DNA of 64,000 bases. Source: Candidatus Marinacidobacterales bacterium. Lineage in GTDB: Bacteria; Acidobacteriota; Vicinamibacteria; Marinacidobacterales; SMYC01. The notes under the pieces were generated by a model. That model saw nothing but the letters and a program-made list of their open reading frames with translations, did not search any database and was not told the DNA's origin. Both the position numbers and the translations under genes were made by a program. Below are positions 60,298 to 64,000 of this stretch, in pieces. The stretch is taken from positions 512,001 to 576,000 of the forward strand of contig CBDCYI010000011.1 in the NCBI GenBank assembly GCA_965224085.1. The letters are read 5' to 3'. How positions within the stretch are numbered: position 1 is the stretch's first letter; the number at the start of each line of letters is the position of its first letter.

Positions 60298-61812
60298 TTA
60301 TCGCCGGAACATAAGAGGTTTCGTGGGCAATTTCCGGTGGTCGATGATCTGACCCTCCTTCATGACGACACCGAGCTTGCGGATGTTCGAGATGTCGGCA
60401 AGGGGGTCGGCATCCAATACCAGGAGGTCCGCAAGCTTGCCCGCCGTGAGCGTCCCGTACTCGTCCAAGGCCTTGCACGCCATCGCCCCGTTCTTGGTCG
60501 CTGCAACAATCGCCTGAGCGGGGGTCATGCCAAGCTCCACCAACCCCTCGATCGCGGCGATCGTGCCGTTGCCCGGCTCCTGCCACAAGCGCTTGGGTTC
60601 GCGGGAATACTCGGGCGCCCTGCCCAGGTAGTTATCCGTACCGAGGGTCACGATACAGCCGCCGTCGATGAGCTTCTTGGCGTTGCGGCGGCGCATCTCG
60701 ACGCCAAGCCCGAGCTCACGCTGTTCTCGGCGTCGCTCGGCGGACGTCTTTCCCTTTTTCACGTGTCTTCTCAGGCCGGGTTCGGCAGCTTCTTTCTTGT
60801 CCTTCGCCAATTTCTTCTCCGCCGCCTCCTTGTCTTCGAGGTGTTTCTTCCAGGCCTCACCGGTGAAGGTGTTCACCAACATCGAGCAAATGGTCCTCCG
60901 CTCACGGATCTCACGGACAAGGTCGTCGGAGAACTCCCGATTTGCGAGGACTTCTGGGTGTTGGATCACATCGATGCCTGCCTCGACGGCGAGGCGGAGT
61001 CCCTCGGGGTTTGTGGCGTGGGTCTCGGCCACCAGCCCTCGCTTTTGGGTTTCCTCGACGATCACTCGCTGCGCTTCAGGCGAGAACCCGATGAGCGTCG
61101 GAATGGCCCAGTGACTGGTTCCCCCGTACTTGATGAAATCGACACCCTTGTCCAGGTATTTGTTGATCGCGACGCGGAGCTCTTCGGGATACATGTCCAT
61201 GAACTCTTCGCCGGAACCTTGGGTGATGGTGTCGTTGTACTGCTCCTCCCAAAGGGAGAGGCCTTGCTCACGAACGACGGAGAAGGTAATGGAGTAGGGA
61301 CCGCCCCAACCGACGATATTTCCGGCGAACAACAAGCGCGGCCCAATCGCTTTACCACGCGCGATCCCATCCCGAACCTCTTTCAGTGCAGGGAGTGTCC
61401 CGTAACTGTCGCGAATCGTCGTTACTCCGTACTTTAGATGCATCTGCGCCATTTCGAGCGTCAGTTCATCGTTACGGTTCCAGTACGCGACGGCCGTTTC
61501 TTTACCGGCCCCCCCCCGGCCCCCTCCGTAGAGCGAAATATGCACGTTTGTGTCAATGAAACCTGGAGTGACGAACTTCCCCGTGCCATCGATGATTGTG
61601 GCGCCTGCCGGGACTTCTGCCGAGGCCCGCGGGCCGACGGCCTCGATGCGTTCGCCGACGATAACGACGGTGGCGTCGACGAGGGGCGGTCCGCCGTTGC
61701 CGTCAATCACGGTAGCTCCGACAATCGCCGTATCAGCTGATACCGTCGCAGTACAGACGACCAGGAGCCAGAAGAGCGTCGAGATTGAGATGGACGCGAT
61801 CGCTTGCCTCAT
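60298..61812 (-). CDS. Exported amidohydrolase, NxH variant (member 10)
   Basis: PGFIDTNVH, FIKYGG, ETH, QHP, GTDN; start MRQAIAS after AGGAGG. Confidence 0.92.
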   Translation of the reverse strand: MRQAIASISISTLFWLLVVCTATVSADTAIVGATVIDGNGGPPLVDATVVIVGERIEAVGPRASAEVPAGATIIDGTGKFVTPGFIDTNVHISLYGGGRGGAGKETAVAYWNRNDELTLEMAQMHLKYGVTTIRDSYGTLPALKEVRDGIARGKAIGPRLLFAGNIVGWGGPYSITFSVVREQGLSLWEEQYNDTITQGSGEEFMDMYPEELRVAINKYLDKGVDFIKYGGTSHWAIPTLIGFSPEAQRVIVEETQKRGLVAETHATNPEGLRLAVEAGIDVIQHPEVLANREFSDDLVREIRERRTICSMLVNTFTGEAWKKHLEDKEAAEKKLAKDKKEAAEPGLRRHVKKGKTSAERRREQRELGLGVEMRRRNAKKLIDGGCIVTLGTDNYLGRAPEYSREPKRLWQEPGNGTIAAIEGLVELGMTPAQAIVAATKNGAMACKALDEYGTLTAGKLADLLVLDADPLADISNIRKLGVVMKEGQIIDHRKLPTKPLMFRR

Positions 61813-61834
61813 TGTTTCTCCTCCTTGTTCGACG

Positions 61835-62065
61835 ACGTGCTGGGGTGCCGCGCGGGCCGCTCGAGACTTCTCGAGCGGCAGGACCCCGCCATCCACCACC
61901 TGGCCATCCTTCATGACGAGCGAGATTTTCCGGGTGTTCCAAGATCGTCCAGCACTTGGTGGACGGCCGCGAGGTTGCCAGGATCGGATGTGCGCCATCC
62001 CTTTCTCCGCCATGGAATCGAGCCACAGGAAACGTCCCTCCCCGAGTTCCGTCCGTCGCTCAAGG
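61835..62065 (-). pseudogene. Decayed 3' remnant of an amidohydrolase resembling member 6
   Basis: ERRTELGEGRFLWLDSMAEKGMA...RKISLVMKDGQVVDGGVLPL versus ERPTELGEGHFLWFEAMAEKGMA...RKISLIMKDGQVVDREVLPL, with internal deletions. Confidence 0.8.
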
Positions 62066-62264
62066 AGGAGGGTGGGATTATATCCGCCTTCGATTTGCGA
62101 CGCAACGTCCGTGGAGAACCGTGCCAAACAGACCCCAATGCCGATGTCCGAGGTATAGGAGCGCACGTCGGGGCTGGTTTGAGCGTCTGCTTCCGTCTTC
62201 CTCGTGTCGTGATAAGGTGTTGTCTTCTAGTGTCCTTCGGGGACGCTAGCTTAGGGGGTTTGCT

Positions 62265-64000
62265 ATGACGACGTTGTGGCGAGTGCAATTGCCGATCTTT
62301 GCCTGCTTGGCGCTTGTGAGTGGTGTCGCCGCCTTGGCTGGACCGGGCGAAGAGCCCGGCGAGGCTGCAAGAATCGTGATAGGACCGAATCTCCGGGCCT
62401 CAGCGAACGCGACGGAGGGCGAACGCAACGAGTGCTGGATTACCGCTAGCCCGACGAACCCCAAGTTACTCATCGCTGCCTCGCATGCCAGCCAGGGCAG
62501 AGGGGCCGGCACCTCAGGGCCCCGCCGCTGCGCGACGATGATTTCCAGGAACGGCGGCCAAACCTGGCGTGACATTAATCTTCCCAAGGAGGATGAAGGC
62601 TGCTTTGATCCGATGACCGCAGCGGCTGCGGATGGCCGCATGTATGTTCTTCACACAATGAGCGGCCGCAACTTTGGTGAGGCGCTTGGTAGGTCGAGCC
62701 CGCGTCGCGAGGGAACCATTCGAATTTATTCTACCGAGGACCAGGGGAGGAGCTGGAATGATCCAGTGGAGCTCGATTGCCCGCTGGCCCCGGACCATCC
62801 GAGGATGGTGGTGGATAACAGCGGTGGTCCGCATCACGGCCGGCTCTACGTTGTCTGGAACGAGGTTTCGGATACATTCCTCAAGCAAAAGTACCACCTC
62901 TTTATGCACTACTCCGGCGATGGAGGCAAGACTTTCAGTGATCCCATCCTGCTGCACGACGAAGAGGGGGGAAAGCTAGTTGCTACCGAGCCGGTAGTCC
63001 TCTCAGACGGCACACTGCTGGTAACGTACTACCAATATTACTGGCCGCTCAGCGACAAAAAGAACGACCGCCAGCCGTTTTACATCCTGCGTTCCAGTGA
63101 CGGTGGTGAAACCTTTGGAAAGCCCGAAAAGGTGATTGAGGTGGGCTCGTCGGCTTGGCGGCACTTGCGAGGGGACTTCGGGCGTGCTTTCACCCTCCCC
63201 ATCGTTGTCGCCGATACCTCGGAGTCAAGTCCTTACCGCGACCGCATGTATATGGTTTGGGACGATGTCAGCAAGGATGAGTCGAACATCTGGCTCACTT
63301 GGTCCGCGGATATGGGTAGAACCTGGTCGGAGCCGCTCAGGCTGAACGACAACCTCCACACCCCGGGCGGCCCGCCCGATTTCCGGATGACGCCTGTCGT
63401 GGCCGTCAATCAAGAAGGGGTGGTGGGAGTAGCTTGGTACGACCGCCGTAACGATCCCACCCGCCGCTGCTGGGAGCAATACTTTGGCGCCTCGCTGGAC
63501 GGCGGCGAAACGTTCCTGCCCAACGTCGCCGTCTCGACCGCGCCATCCTGTCCGGAGAAAGATCTGCCGCCGAGCGTTCACGTCTGGAACGTGAGCCCGT
63601 ACTTCGACGATACGTTACCTTCTGAGGAGGAGCTCTCGAAGGCGCCTGAGCGCGAGCGCCGCCGCATGGAGGAAGTCGTTGGTATCGAGCGAGCGTTCAG
63701 GGAAGCAAGCAAGGACATCCAAGCTGCGCGAATCCGCGTCTCGTTCGACCCCGGCCGAAACATATGGCCTGGCCACTATACGGGTTTGACTCACGATGCG
63801 GAGGGGGTGTTCCATGCTTTGTGGGCGGATCGGCGCAACGAGCTCCAGCAGCTTTTCACGGCGCGGATTCAGGTACTCACCTCTCCCGAACCGTCTCCAC
63901 CGCCGACTCACACGGCCATGGTGACCGAACTCGTCCGCCTCGTCGGGGGACCCGCGAAGTACGAGGAGGCCAAAGGCACCGCCACCTTCGAGCTGCAGGT
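62265..64000 (+). CDS. Secreted BNR/Asp-box repeat (sialidase-like) protein, runs off the window
   Basis: Manual translation: signal peptide, then Asp-boxes SRNGGQTW, TEDQGRSW, SGDGGKTF, SSDGGETF, SADMGRTW, SLDGGETF; absent from the ORF track because there is no stop in the window. Confidence 0.8.
   Translation, partial: MTTLWRVQLPIFACLALVSGVAALAGPGEEPGEAARIVIGPNLRASANATEGERNECWITASPTNPKLLIAASHASQGRGAGTSGPRRCATMISRNGGQTWRDINLPKEDEGCFDPMTAAAADGRMYVLHTMSGRNFGEALGRSSPRREGTIRIYSTEDQGRSWNDPVELDCPLAPDHPRMVVDNSGGPHHGRLYVVWNEVSDTFLKQKYHLFMHYSGDGGKTFSDPILLHDEEGGKLVATEPVVLSDGTLLVTYYQYYWPLSDKKNDRQPFYILRSSDGGETFGKPEKVIEVGSSAWRHLRGDFGRAFTLPIVVADTSESSPYRDRMYMVWDDVSKDESNIWLTWSADMGRTWSEPLRLNDNLHTPGGPPDFRMTPVVAVNQEGVVGVAWYDRRNDPTRRCWEQYFGASLDGGETFLPNVAVSTAPSCPEKDLPPSVHVWNVSPYFDDTLPSEEELSKAPERERRRMEEVVGIERAFREASKDIQAARIRVSFDPGRNIWPGHYTGLTHDAEGVFHALWADRRNELQQLFTARIQVLTSPEPSPPPTHTAMVTELVRLVGGPAKYEEAKGTATFELQ

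Noticed and set aside
40997-61812. Integron cassette array as the explanation for the tandem amidohydrolases (GTTAG motifs before the 45056, 55504 and 57081 genes)
   Set aside because: No RYYYAAC inverse cores or attC-length palindromes after the stop codons, no integrase in the window, and mixed gene orientation.
36873-62065. Diversity-generating retroelement driving paralog variation
   Set aside because: No reverse transcriptase and no adenine-specific template/variable repeat pair was seen; variation includes indels spread over several loops.
61813-62166. N-terminal extension of the 622-aa ORF
   Set aside because: It is the decayed tail of another paralog that happens to be in frame; the real start, with an RBS, is at 61812.

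Overview
GC-rich bacterial window; the gene repertoire suggests an Acidobacteria/Gemmatimonadota-like organism (inference). It is dominated by exported amide/peptide-bond hydrolases: four intact S9 peptidases, a CocE/NonD hydrolase, an M24 peptidase, an amidase, an acetamidase and a DUF885 protein. The most striking feature is an array (36.9-62.1 kb) of metal-dependent amidohydrolase paralogs: nine intact, one internally deleted and two stubs. In all ten copies that retain the motif, the canonical beta-1 HxH metal motif is changed to NxH. The copies differ in substrate loops, many carry a long charged helical insert, and they show mosaic recombination. An IS-rich central island (29-33.7 kb) carries an HTH-queC-queE-queD (preQ0) operon without queF/tgt, next to an SNF2-helicase stub, which suggests an eroded 7-deazaguanine defence locus. 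Also present: a Ser/Thr kinase-PEGA-TonB fusion, an amidohydrolase/alpha-beta hydrolase fusion, an LVIVD-multicopper oxidase operon with a heptamer-repeat spacer, a Tat-signal GatC-like partner of an amidase, ISAzo13, IS200, IS1595 and IS1 elements, and many abruptly truncated gene stubs. No rRNA, tRNA or CRISPR array was found. All family calls come from motif recognition; no database search was run.
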